From: Octopus bimaculoides
Taxonomy: Eukaryota
Assembly (NCBI RefSeq): GCF_001194135.2
Contig: NC_069002.1
Location: 23,678,698 to 23,742,697, forward strand
Length of the DNA: 64,000 nucleotides
Reading direction: 5' to 3'
The translations under genes were made by a program, and so were the position numbers. Position 1 is the first letter of the stretch. Each line of letters starts with the position of its first letter. The notes beneath the pieces were generated by a model. The model did no database searches and had not been told where the DNA came from. It worked only from the letters and a program-made list of their open reading frames with translations. Positions 12,731 through 25,314 of this stretch are shown in pieces.

Positions 12731-15048
12731 ATCAAATAAATAAATTTGAAATCAGTTGGAAGAAAGAAGGTTATTGAGGATGTGGTGGCGGTGGTGTTGG
12801 AAGAGAAGGAGGAAGTAGGGTGGTGTAATCGGTGGTGATGGTAGGGAAATTATTGGTGATATTCCTCATCAGAAGTTTATTATGCAAGATTATTCAAGCA
12901 GTGTCTTTCATTAAAACAAATGATGAAAATAAAGAAGATTTTAAAACGATGATCAAGACGCCGGCGCTTTCATTTGGAAGATAGCTATTTTTCACTTTGA
13001 TAAAAATAACAAAAAAAACAAAACAAGGCAAATTTTGTTAACAACGGCAACAGCAACAACAACAACTAATTGTTACAGCTTATCAATGTGGTCAAAAATA
13101 GCTGCAACATCTACGACTATGATTACAGCATCAAGCAAACAAATGAGTTGATGGGAAACACAATAATGGAATAGGAATGATTCCAGTGAATGGACAGGCT
13201 GCGCAGGGTTTCAATTTGTGAGTAGTGCTATTCTTTTATTTGTTTCACAGTCATTTGAATGCAGCCATGCTGGGGCACCACCTTAAAGGGCTTTAGTTGA
13301 ACAAATTGACCCCCAGGACTTATTCTTTGTAAGCTTAGTATTTATTCTATCGGTCTCTTATGCTGAACTGCTAAGTGATGGGGACATAAATACACAAGGA
13401 AAAGTTAAGTGATGGCAGGGGGACAAATACAGACACGCATGCATAAATATATACACATATATATGTATGTATATATATATATATATATATATATTTTCAG
13501 GTTTAAATAAAAACAATAACAAACAAAAAATTTGACATACCTACGTATATTCTTTTATNNNNNNNNNNNNNNNNNNNNNNNNNNNNNNNNNNNNNNNNNN
13601 NNNNNNNNNNNNNNNNNNNNNNNNNNNNNNNNNNNNNNNNNNNNNNNNNNNNNNNNNNNNNNNNNNNNNNNNNNACAAATTGACCCCCAGGACTTATTCT
13701 TTGTAAGCTTAGTATTTATTCTATCGGTCTCTTATGCTGAACTGCTAAGTGATGGGGACATAAATACACAAGGAAAAGTTAAGTGATGGCAGGGGGACAA
13801 ATACAGACACGCATGCATAAATATATACACATATATATGTATGTATATATATATATATATACGATAGGCTTCTTTCAGTTTCCGTCTACCAAATTCACTC
13901 ACAAGTCTTTGGTTGGCCCGAGGCTTTTGTAGAAAACACTTGCTCAAGGTGCCATGCAGTGGGACGGAACCCGGAACCATGTGGTTGGGAAGCAAGCTTC
14001 TTACCACACAGCCACTCCTAAAAAAACAAAAACATGTAGTGAATAAACAAACAAACATATTCTAAATACACAGGTGAACAGGGAACACAGAAGATGACCA
14101 ACTCCTTATCAATTATCAGCCAGAGAGTTGAACACAATTTAAGCCATTATTGATAAGATTGCTTCCAATCAATAATGGCTGAAATTGCATTTGACCCACT
14201 GAGGAGTTGGTGGCCTTCTGTGTTCTCTGTTCACCTGTGTATTTAGCAAATATATGTTTGTTTATTTACTACACATTGTTTTTTTTTTTTAATTATATAT
14301 ATTTAATTAGGTATGTTAAATTTTCCGTTTGTTGTCTTTTTATTTAATCTTGAAAATATTATTTATGTAACACATGCACTCCTTAATTTTTTGCTCGTAT
14401 GTATATATATAGATATATATATATATATATATACACGACTGGCTTCTTTCAGTTTCCATCTACCAAATCTACTTGCAAGGCTTTTGTTGGCCCGAGGTTA
14501 TAGTAGAGGACACTTGAACATGGTGCCACACAGTGGGACTGAACCCGGAACCATGTGGTTGGGAAGCAAGCTTCTTACCACATAGCCATACCTGCACCTT
14601 TACAATGCCAACATGTTTGGGAAAGGCATCATCATCACAACTTCGTATTATCTTCCTTACATTTGAGCTAACTTTTAATGTTGGCGTTTAACTCTGCTCT
14701 TCCTTAGACTTAAATGGATGACGTCTTTTGGTTTCTTTTATTTTTTACTTGTTTTAGTCATTTGAGTGTGCCATTCTGGAGCAAAGCCTTGAAGGGTTTA
14801 GTTGAATGAATTACTCTCTCAGTGTTTATGTTTTTTAAGCTTGGTACTTAGGGTGTTGGTCTCATTTATGAACTGCTAAGTCACAGAGATGTAAACAAAC
14901 CAACACCATTTATCAAGCAGTAATTGGGGACAAGCATGAACACAAAGATGCATGAATACCCCCCCCCCACTCACATATATACATATATCTGTATATGTAT
15001 ATATATACATATACATGTATACATACATATATATGTATGTATGTATGT

Positions 15049-15160
15049 ACAGGGTGCAGTGAATAAATTGTCGTCTAAATTATGCAAAAATGAAAATAAC
15101 ACCGACATTTCATTTTAACAGATATATTTACCAAAGTTACATAAAAATATCTTAAAATGG
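15049..15160 (-). mobile_element. Terminal fragment of the same maT-like transposon
   Basis: tacagggtgcagtgaataaattg...cattttaacagatatatttaccaaagtta is the reverse complement of about 4968-5058. Confidence 0.7.
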
Positions 15161-16047
15161 AGAACTTGACCTCAGCAAGATCTGAACCTATAAAATTAAT
15201 GATTACAGGGAATACTTTGTACCTGTACACTTTTATATTCTCTGTTACCATTTGTGGCACTGCCATTTCTAGTAACTAATAATAACTTTAACCAAGAGAA
15301 ATTGAACGTGCTCGGGTAAATAGAGAAAAAATTGATTTTTTAAGTATTTTAATGCTGGACGAAGAAGAAAAATTGGTTTTTTAATGAATTTTAATTGATA
15401 GCCTCAAATAAAATTTGCTGAAATTCAAATTTGTTGTATGACATCATCCAAGAACTTTCACAATCTTTCGATTCTCCAGTCTTTGTCTCTTTTGCATCTC
15501 TGATCTGTGCCTCATCTGCTAACAGACCAATTTGGTCCACAACCAAAAATCCTTTTTTCTTCTTTCCCAACCTGTTGGCTTCCTTTTATTTCTTTTCTTC
15601 TCCTCTTTTATTTCCATCACATTTCTTTCTCTTCCTTCTTGTTCTAATTCTTCTTCTTTTCTACCTTTTTCTTCTTCTCTATATACTCCTCCTCCTCCTC
15701 CTTCTCCTCCACTTTATTCTCCTCTACCCTCTCTCCTTCTCCTCTTCCTTCTTCTTGTCCTTAACATTCTGGGTTCAAATCTTGTTGAGATCATCTTTGA
15801 CTTTCATCCCTCTGGGTCCCATCACATATCTACCTGCTTCACAACATTGCACATGCACCCCCCACACACCCACACACATACACATACTACACCTGGATCT
15901 GCTTAAGCTTAGCAAGCAAACTGGGATTATTGGTCCACTTGAGAATCTCTTTGTCAAGATTTTCACCCTTGCCATTTTCTGTTTGGAATGTTCCTTAATC
16001 AAGTGTTTTAACATTAAACTGGTACAGCACCCAGGTTTCAGCACCAT

Positions 16048-16056
16048 ATCTATTTG

Positions 16057-16117
<61 letters not shown>

Positions 16118-16144
16118 TTATCTATCTATCTATCTACCTGTCTG

Positions 16145-16227
<83 letters not shown>

Positions 16228-16248
16228 GCCTCTCTCTCTCTCTCTCTC
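16048..16248. repeat. (TCTA)n/(TCTG)n/(TC)n compound microsatellite
   Basis: Directly visible. Confidence 0.95.
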
Positions 16249-16829
16249 TGAAGCTTGTTTTCCAACCACATGGTTCCGAGTTCAGTCCCACTGCATAGCA
16301 CCTTGGGTTAGTGTCATTTATTAATGCCTTGGGCCAATCAAAGCCTTGTGAGTGGACTTAGTAGATGGAAACTGAAAGAAGCCTGTCATATACATATATA
16401 TGTTTGTGTGTTTGTGTTTGTCCCCCCACCATCACTTGACAACCAATGCTGGTGTGTTTATGTCCCCGTAACTTAGCAGTTTGGCTAAAGAAACTGATAG
16501 AATAAGTACTAGGCTTACAAAGATGTCCTGGGGTCAATTTGTTCAAATAAAGGCGATGCTCCAGTATGGCCACAGTCAAATGACTGAAACAAGTAAAAGA
16601 GTTAGGCAATGACTAGTGACTGAGACCTTTGGAGATATGCTGTGCTTGAGAAGACCCAACAAGCCAAGTAAGACTATAACCCATAGCCTATGCCAGTAGG
16701 TGTAACCAGCCCACTTATGAGTGTCCCTCATCCATCGGGTAGTAAACTTTGCTTGCAAAGACCTGTTGAGGCAAGTGAAATAAAAATCAAAATCGCTGAT
16801 GTGGTCAATGACAGTTCCGCCTAATTGGC

Positions 16830-17280
16830 ACTCATGCCAGTGAAACATTAAAAGCACCATCCAAGCGTGATTGTTGCCAGAGCCGTTGGTTGGCTCCCTT
16901 GCTAGTGGCACATAAAAACCACCATTCAAGCATGATCATTGACAGCATCACCTTACTGGCACATGTGCTGGTGGAACGTGAAAAACAACATTCAAGCATG
17001 GTCGTTGCCAGTGCCACTGGACTGACTCCCATGCAGGTAGCACATAAAAAACACCTTTTGAGCGTGGTCGTTGCCAGAACCGCCTGACTGGCCCTCGTGC
17101 TGGTAGCACGTAAAAACACCTACACTCTCGGAGTGGTTGGCGTTAGGAATGGCATCCAGCTGTAGAAACTCTGCCAGATCAGATTGGAGCCTGGTGCAGC
17201 TTTCTGGCTTACCAGACCTCAGTCAAACTGTCCAACCCATGCCAACATGGAAAGCGGATGTTAAAGGACAACGATTATGA
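16830..17280 (+). mobile_element. RTE-tail-type repeat family 3 ending in gcatggaaagcggacgttaaa(gat)n
   Basis: Copies at about 1685-1848 -, 1890-2340 -, 6270-6740 +, 7390-7600 +, 11072-11240 -, 35610-35825 -, 37990-38212 -, 41825-42085 -, 57862-58097 -. Contains internal short tandem subrepeats. Confidence 0.75.
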
Positions 17281-17800
17281 TGATATATATCAAACATGAG
17301 GATACATGGCCTAGATGTTAGGGTGTAACATTGCACTCAGAGTTGCAAGATTGTAGTTTCAATTCCTGGACAAAGTGCATCGTGTTCTTCAGTGAGCAAA
17401 ACACTTTGTCTCACATTGCTCTGCAATCATTTTGACATCTGATATATGGCACACTTTGCACCTGTACAGGTAATGTCAATTTAATGGTGGGAATGAGCAA
17501 ATGTGTAGTACAAGCATTTGATCATTATCAACAAATCATCCGTGCAGGTTGTTCTGCAAGAAATTGTTGAACCCTCATCTGTCGCTTGTGACAGGGGAAT
17601 CGACCAGATGAACGAGTGTGCTTCCATGCATGACAGATTATCTGTGAGTTTAAAGCTTGGTAATTGCTTCCACATTAAACATCTGTTTCCTATGCAATGT
17701 GAATTCAAACATCACACCAAATGGTAGGTTAAAGTGCAGGTTTGAAGCCACATCATATAATAAGAAATGCTGAAAATGTTATTAGTATCCTTATGCCAAA

Positions 17801-18830
17801 TACAAGGATCAGCTGAAGAGTTCATAGATCAACCAAGGTACTCTCATGGAATACGACCAAATGAGGTTTATTTTTCAGCATGCCCCACCCGCTTAGTGGT
17901 TCACACCTTCCTTTTGTTGGTGTTGCAGTGCTTGGATCCCATTGGTGAAGAAGCTTCCATCCTGTTGATCAAAAAAAAGTCATCAACAGCAGATATGACA
18001 TCATCATCATCATCACTGTAATACTGGTTCCCAGCCAAGTATTTTTGCTGTTGGGAAACAGATGATAGTGAGATAGAGCCAAATCAGAAGAACAGGGAAG
18101 ATGATCAACCAGCTGAAGGCCACAGTCATGTACAGCAGCCATTGAAATGAAGGAATTGTGTGCATTGACCTCATGAAACAAGACCCCTTTTGTCAGTGTC
18201 CCTGGCCATTTGGTCTTGATAGCTTTTCACAACTGCCTCAGCATGTTAGCAGAATACTCTCCGTTATTGGTCTGACCCTTTTGCATTCCAACAAACCAAA
18301 GCCATCACCTTCCTTGCTGACGAAACAACGACCTTGACCTTCTTTGGAGCAGGTGAGGAGGGGGTGTTTCTACCGCATGGATTCTCTCTTTGTCTCTGGC
18401 TCAAAATAATGAAGCCAACACCCATCCTGGATGAAAAAAACATTCAAGGAAACCAACTGGATCTGCCTCATATAATGTCAGATTTTTGCATGATGTGGCC
18501 AGCCTGGTGCACTTTTATCAGGTGCCAGAAGACGTGATACCCACAGAGGAAAAACCTTTGTCATGGCAAGTTCATTGTGCAGAATACTCTCAACTCTCTG
18601 GCAGGATAAGCTAATAGCATTGACTCTTTGATTCGTAGTCAGTCATCTGTCATCCATCACCATGTGGTGAACATGATCAATGCTTTCCTCTGTGATGATA
18701 GTTGCAGGACATCCAGACATCGAGTCATCTTCAAGATTCTCCTTTCCCCTCCTAAATTCAGCTGCCCATTTTTGCATTGATGATAAAGCTGGAGTGGTCA
18801 TCCCCAAATATAGCAACCATATCAACTTGA
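17801..18830 (-). mobile_element. Internally deleted mariner element
   Basis: TIR-like tacaaggatcagctgaagagttcatag. Peptide remnants DHLPCSSDLALSHYHLFPN and SMQKWAAEFRRGKENLEDD. Same family as 55622 and 41459. Confidence 0.7.
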
Positions 18831-18834
18831 TTGT

Positions 18835-19400
18835 CCTTGGAGGCTAAACCATTTATCTGCATTCAGGGCCCAAATCTCACTACCATGTGGTATTGCTGTC
18901 CATATACATGCATCAGACAATCTTCCTTTCACTTGAAGAGAAAAACCTTTGATTGCCAGCAAAGGTAAAAGCTCTCTGAATTTCCTCCATTCTATTCTTA
19001 TTCTAGCGATTACACTTTCCATACATCCTCCCTTACTACTAATTAGACCCCCTGGATACCAGAAGTTATCCACTACCTCTAAAGAGTCTCCAGGGCATTT
19101 GAAAGAATCATATTCCTGTGTGTCTATTGCTTTTATGACTCTTGAGCATCTTCTGCATATGAACACTATTTTCGCTGATAACTTCTGTATTATTCCATTG
19201 CACCTCTTATATGACCATAGCTTGCATTGAGTAAACTGTAAGGACTTCCTGCCTACATTTTTCCTACGTCTTTCTGAAGGGAGAAGAGTTCTATCTGTTT
19301 TCTTGCACATTAAAACCTTATCCTTTGCTATGTTAACCTTGATGCCCTTCAATTCCAGATTTTGCATCCACACCCGGAATGTCTTTTCCAGTTCTATCAC
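18835..19400 (-). mobile_element. RTE-type LINE reverse transcriptase C-terminal fragment
   Basis: LELKGIKVNIAKDKVL...LEVVDNFWYPGGLISSKGGCMESVIARIRIEWRKFRELLPLL...HGSEIWAL. Confidence 0.8.
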
Positions 19401-22384
19401 TGTATAAGCAATGAAAGCAAGATCTTCAGCATATATACCCAGGGGCAGCTAGTCTTGAATTTTTCTTCTATGGCCTGGAGGACCTAGATGAAAAGGAGGG
19501 GACTAGGAACCAATACCTGATGAATGCTTACCTGTACACCAAATTCATCACTGTACTCATGGTTAAATCTCATCTTACTGGTTGAGCTTTGGTACATGCC
19601 CAGTACAGCTTTCACAAGCCACTTGTCTACTCCTAGCTTCCTTAGAGCTCACCATATTATAACACAACAGGGTACCCTATCAAACATGTTCTCCAGATCA
19701 ACAAATTACAATGGCTTTTTCATTCTTCGTTAAATACTTCTCTTGCAGTTGCCTGGTTATGAAAATAGCATCGGTAGTGCTTCTTGAAAATAGTGCTGGC
19801 AGTGCTTTATACATACATACATACATACATATATAAGCATGTCTGTATACACACACACAAAATATACATATATCTCAATATATACAAAAGTATGTATATA
19901 TGTATACTAATGTGTTTGTGTGTATATATACTTATATATGTGTGTATGTGTCTGTTTTATATATGTGTGTAATTAAAATTTTACCTTTTGTTTATGCATG
20001 TTTTGTTAAAGAGATGACTTGAAATGCTATGAACCAATCTAATTTCGAGTTGGTTTTATTCTTTAGCTTCAATAAAGAAATCATTATCGGACGCAAATGC
20101 TGCTTTCCTCCACCAAACATTATTATTCAATATATCCATTTATAACCACAATAACGAAACTAAGTTAATTAGCACCAATAAGACACGAACACAATCTAAG
20201 AAATCCATTTAGACACATATGCACAAAGCAATAAATACCCAAAGCATTTTCAATTAATAATGAAAACTGAAGACGCTATTTTAATAAAAAAAAAAATTGA
20301 AATAAATAAGAAATGAAAAACAGTCTCTGTCTTTCTCTGTTCTGTTTTGTTAAACCACACCTCCAATATTTCAGCTGTGTCTTCCCACTAACAGCCAACC
20401 AATCACAACCCAGTTTCTTCTATATAAGCCATCCAATCACATCACAATAGCCACCCGTTTAATCCATTCTAAAACTTGTGTATATCTTCCTCTTAACTAA
20501 TCACTAACAGAAATCCATTATTCATGTATTCGCTAACTTACTTTCCAGCTCTCGAGCTGTAACCTTTCTTTAATACTTTTATGCTGAAGAAGGCTACGGC
20601 TACACTTGTGTTCAAAAGCTCTGTTAATCCTTCTCCTTTGTGCAATAAACCTTATTCTGAACCTATGCCAAACATATTGCTTCTTGTCCTTCTCTATAGT
20701 GTTGTCTTATAAATGGTTTCTGATGTGATGTCAGCATAAATCTTAGTGTTCTCTTTTGTCTTTCGTTCTTTTACTTGTTTCAGCCGTCAGACTGTGGCCA
20801 TGCTGGGGCACTACCCTCAGAAACTTTTGGTCAAACTAACTGACCCCAGTATTTATGTTCTGCTTAAGCCTCGTACTTATTTTATCAGTTTTTTGCTGAA
20901 CCGCTAAGTTACTGGGATGTAAACACACCAAGACCAGTTGTCAAGCAGTGGTGGGAGACAAACACACACAACAGGCTTCTTTCAGTTTCCATCTCCCAAA
21001 TCTACTCACAAGGCTTTTGTTGGTCTGAGGCTATAGTAGAAGACATTTGCTCAAGATGCTATGCAGTGGGACTGAACCTGGAACCATGTGGTTTGAAAAC
21101 AAGCTTCTTACCATACAGTCATGCCTGTGCTTATGTTGTATAAGATGAACATTTACCAGGTAGCCGTAGGCCTTGTTAACTCTCATACGGCCCTCATTGT
21201 TTAGTTTCAGTTCTGCTTTGATCAAAGAGATCTATAACTACAAGAATCCTGCCCCATGGCAATTTGTCTTTTGCCCAGGACCCTATAGCCCTACACTACT
21301 TTATTCAATATAATATTCATTGCTTAGATGCTAAGGTTTTATTTGAGAAAAGTATGGCTGTTATTTCTAGTAAATAGAATTACTGCATTACTACTTTCTC
21401 GTTCGGCTCAAGCTCTTTAATGGTTCTGGGGTTGGCAGAGTGTAAATTATGTGCTGGGAAGGAACTCTGAAGTAATGCAGGTATGGGGAAAGAAGGTTTG
21501 GTAACTTCTGAGACTGTGCATTGAGACAGCATAAAGGAGATGAGGGGTAGACAGACAAATGAATTGGATATGGGTTGGCAGATGATACACAGTTTTCTTA
21601 GGTAGAGAAATGAAAAGTATGTCTGTGTGTGTGTGTGTGTGTGTGTGTAAACAAATATATACCTGTGTAAGCAAATCCTTTGATCTACTTTAACACTGTA
21701 TACATGGTCATTCATACTGTAACTCTGGCTGCAGTACAGTATAAATCTTAAAGATTATGATTATGTTACGCAATCTCTGAAGATTTGTTAATGTAATCTT
21801 CCTATGAGCAAATCACTTCAAAGTATGAGTCAGACTGAATTTGATTGGGCAGAATGACTATGGCTGAATACCCTTCACCTATTTCGAAGTAATTTAATAT
21901 TTCCCCATCAACAGATGTACCCATCATTGAAAACTGCAAAACTGTAAATGAGTGGTACCACTTGTATGATGATGACAATCATTTGGAAGTATCATATGAT
22001 ATCAAAACAAGGACACACGCACATTTATGTGCACACACACACATATAACACCAGCTGCTCTGTGAAGTGGTTAGCATTAGGAAGGACATCCAGCTATAAA
22101 AACCATGCCAAAAGAGACAGTGGAGACTGGTGCAGCCCTCTGGTTTACTAGCTCCTGTCAAACCAATCAACCCATGCCAGTATGGAAGATGGATGTTAAC
22201 TGATGATGCTGCTGATGATGATAGGTATGGGTGCCACTAGCTGGTACAAAGTTTGCTTGCCAACCACATGGTTGTGAGTTCCACTGTGTGAGACCTAGCC
22301 TTATGTCTTCTACTATAACCCCAGGCCAGCTGAAGCTTGTGTGAGTGGATTTGGTATTTGGTAGATAGAAAGTGAAAGAAGCTC

Positions 22385-22530
22385 ATCACACACACACACA
22401 CACACACACATATGCATACACACACATATGCATACACACACATATGCATACACACACATATGCATACACACACATATGCATACACACACAATGCATACAC
22501 ACACATATGCATACACACACATGCACACGT
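22385..22530. repeat. (CA)n plus catatgcatacacaca minisatellite
   Basis: Directly visible tandem units of about 16 bp. Confidence 0.9.
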
Positions 22531-23730
22531 GTGTGTGCGTGTGTACATGCCTGCATCTATGTTATTGTCTCCTTTCCTTGACATTGCATGATAATTGTAA
22601 GCGAGTGTCTGTCACCATCATGCAAGGAGTGCCCTTTGTTTCCAATCTTCCATGAAAACATGTCTGGCCTTGGGGAAATATTAATTTACTTGCAAGCAGG
22701 TGAGGTTTAGCAACAGGAAGGGCATCCAGCCATAAAAAATTCACCTCAACAAATTCTATTTGCCTCATGCCGGGATGGAAAGGTGTATATTAAACAATGA
22801 TGGCAATGACAATGCAACAGGCTTCTTCCAGTTTCCATCCACAAAATCCATTCACAATGACAATGAGGAATGGTAGCAGTAGTGGTGGCGGGGTGGTAGC
22901 TGTGGGGTAGTGGTGGTGGTGGTGGTGGTGGTGGTAGGTATGGCATTTCTCGTTTACAGTTATAAACGTGGTGGGTCTTGCAGTCACCATCATTGTTGTT
23001 ATTGTGACTGCAACAATTGATAGTATTGTTGCTGTTGCTGTGGTAGTGTTGGTTACTAGCTGTTTGTTTGTGGTAGTCATGGTAGTGACAGTGATGGCAT
23101 TGTTCTCTCATTTCGGTTATTTGTATGATCTATTCACTTTAAGGGATAATTTTATAGGGAAGATGAGTAAGTCATGATTTCTGTAATATTTCAACAAGTC
23201 CAACTTTGCATTTATAGAACTATTAATAAAAAAGTGTAAATCATTAAATTTCACTCAATTTAGATGTCTTTACATTGGAGTACAAATGAGAAATAAAAAA
23301 AAAATCGATACAAACAAAAGTAATGAAATTATTTATGTAAGTTGAAGGTATTTATATGTGTGTCAATGAAATATATATACATGAAATTCACACACACATA
23401 TATATATATATANNNNNNNNNNNNNNNNNNNNNNNNNNNNNNNNNNNNNNNNNNNNNNNNNNNNNNNNNNNNNNNNNNNNNNNNNNNNNNNNNNNNNNNN
23501 NNNNNNNNNNNNNNNNNNNNNNNNNNNNNNNNNNNNNNNNNNNNNNNNNNNNNNNNNNNNNNNNNNNNNNNNNNNNNNNNNNNNNNNNNNNNNNNNNNNN
23601 NNNNNNNNNNNNNNNNNNNNNNNNNNNNNNNNNNNNNNNNNNNNNNNNNNNNNNNNNNNNNNNNNNNNNNNNNNNNNNNNNNNNNNNNNNNNNNNNNNNN
23701 NNNNNNNNNNNNNNNNNNNNNNNNNNNNNN

Positions 23731-23763
<33 letters not shown>

Positions 23764-24267
23764 GTGTGTGTGTGTTTGGAAAATAATATATATGGGTTGG
23801 GTTGAAGAAATGTGTGTGACAGTCAAGGAAATATATGTATGTGCGTGTGTATGTATATGTGTATTATATATATATGTGTGTGTGTGGTGTAGAAATTTAT
23901 GTATGTATATATGTTGAAGAAAATTATATTTTTGTCAAAAAGGTATAAAATGTGTGTCAAAGAAATTTATATATATATATATATATTATGAGTGTCTGTG
24001 TGTATGTGTATATACATATATATGTACACACACACACACACATATACAAATTAGTGTCTTAAAATTTGTATATGTGTGCTGGAGAAAATTATATATTTGT
24101 TGAAGAAATGTGTGTGTGTGTATGTATATACACACATGCATGCATGCATATATATAAGCGCACATTGTGTGGTAAAGAAATTTAATATATATGAATACAT
24201 GCATGGCCAGTGTGCGTGTGTGTGTATGCAACAAATATTTATATATGCATGTAAATATATCTATATC

Positions 24268-24370
<103 letters not shown>

Positions 24371-24941
24371 GTACACACATTTATGGTCGCTGAAGAAATG
24401 TATATTTGTTTGTCAAAATCAATAAACTGAGACTAGTTGATATCAGCAAATTATGATGGAATATAATAAGACAAATTAAAAGATGGAAACAAAGTTAAAA
24501 TCATAATCGCAAGATTGATTTTATTCAAAAGAAAAAAGCAAAAATAACTGAATATTTCAAGAGATATTTGTTGTCTATTTTTCATCTGTTTCCTTGGATT
24601 TTCTTTAGGTTTTATGATTCACTAAATCCATTTGTTCAACCAAATGAAACTCCTGCTGGATAAATTAATTTGTAAGTGGTCGGGTATTCCACAGACTTGT
24701 GAATTCTTAATATAATTTTCTGGTTGAATTAACATAACACAGTGTGTACCTGTGAGTCAATTTTAGTTCTTCAAATTAGAACAGTCCTTTTCAAAATTTG
24801 AGCTGATTGGAACATAGTTTCCTCTCTGTTACACACACACTCACATATATACACACAAGGAAAGGAAATGACAAAGGAATACACAATTATCTTATGTACT
24901 TCATTAGCTTATTGTTGTTTCTGTTATAAGATGCATATTTG

Positions 24942-25024
24942 AGGCTCTGATGGAGCTATAGGGTGTTACTCAGACACTCAATTATGAGTCTATTGCACCT
25001 GAAGCAGAAACAACTGTAAGCTAC
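24942..25024 (+). ncRNA. Family B hammerhead-like motif, degenerate
   Basis: GAGGCU-CUGAUGG-AGCUAUAGGGUG...CACCUGAAGCA-GAAAC-AACU-GUA-AGCUAC. An inverted 3'-half fragment lies at about 24880-24930. Confidence 0.5.
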
Positions 25025-25283
25025 TGAAGTTCACAAGATAATCATTTGTTACCCTCTTTTCTTATTTCCACTCTGTACTCAATAGTTTGTTCTGAAGAAT
25101 TGCATACTGAGTTCTACGCCAGGTTGTTAGTATCACAATGCCTTAGCAAAATATATCTGTATATATANNNNNNNNNNNNNNNNNNNNNNNNNNNNNNNNN
25201 NNNNNNNNNNNNNNNNNNNNNNNNNNNNNNNNNNNNNNNNNNNNNNNNNNNNNNNNNNNNNNNNNNNNNNNNNNNNNNNNNNN

Positions 25284-25314
<31 letters not shown>

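Noticed and set aside
13301-13860. About 190-bp direct duplication either side of an N gap (also 6600-6644 versus 6655-6699)
   Set aside because: Identical sequence flanking a gap is typical of unmerged contig overlap, an assembly artefact.
15431-16324. 297-aa ORF
   Set aside because: It is made of a pyrimidine-rich low-complexity tract and (TCTA)n, with no domain.
16830-17120. Short repeated units separated by variable sequence, superficially CRISPR-like
   Set aside because: These are degenerate internal subrepeats of repeat family 3 in a eukaryotic genome, with no constant repeat or spacer length and no cas genes.
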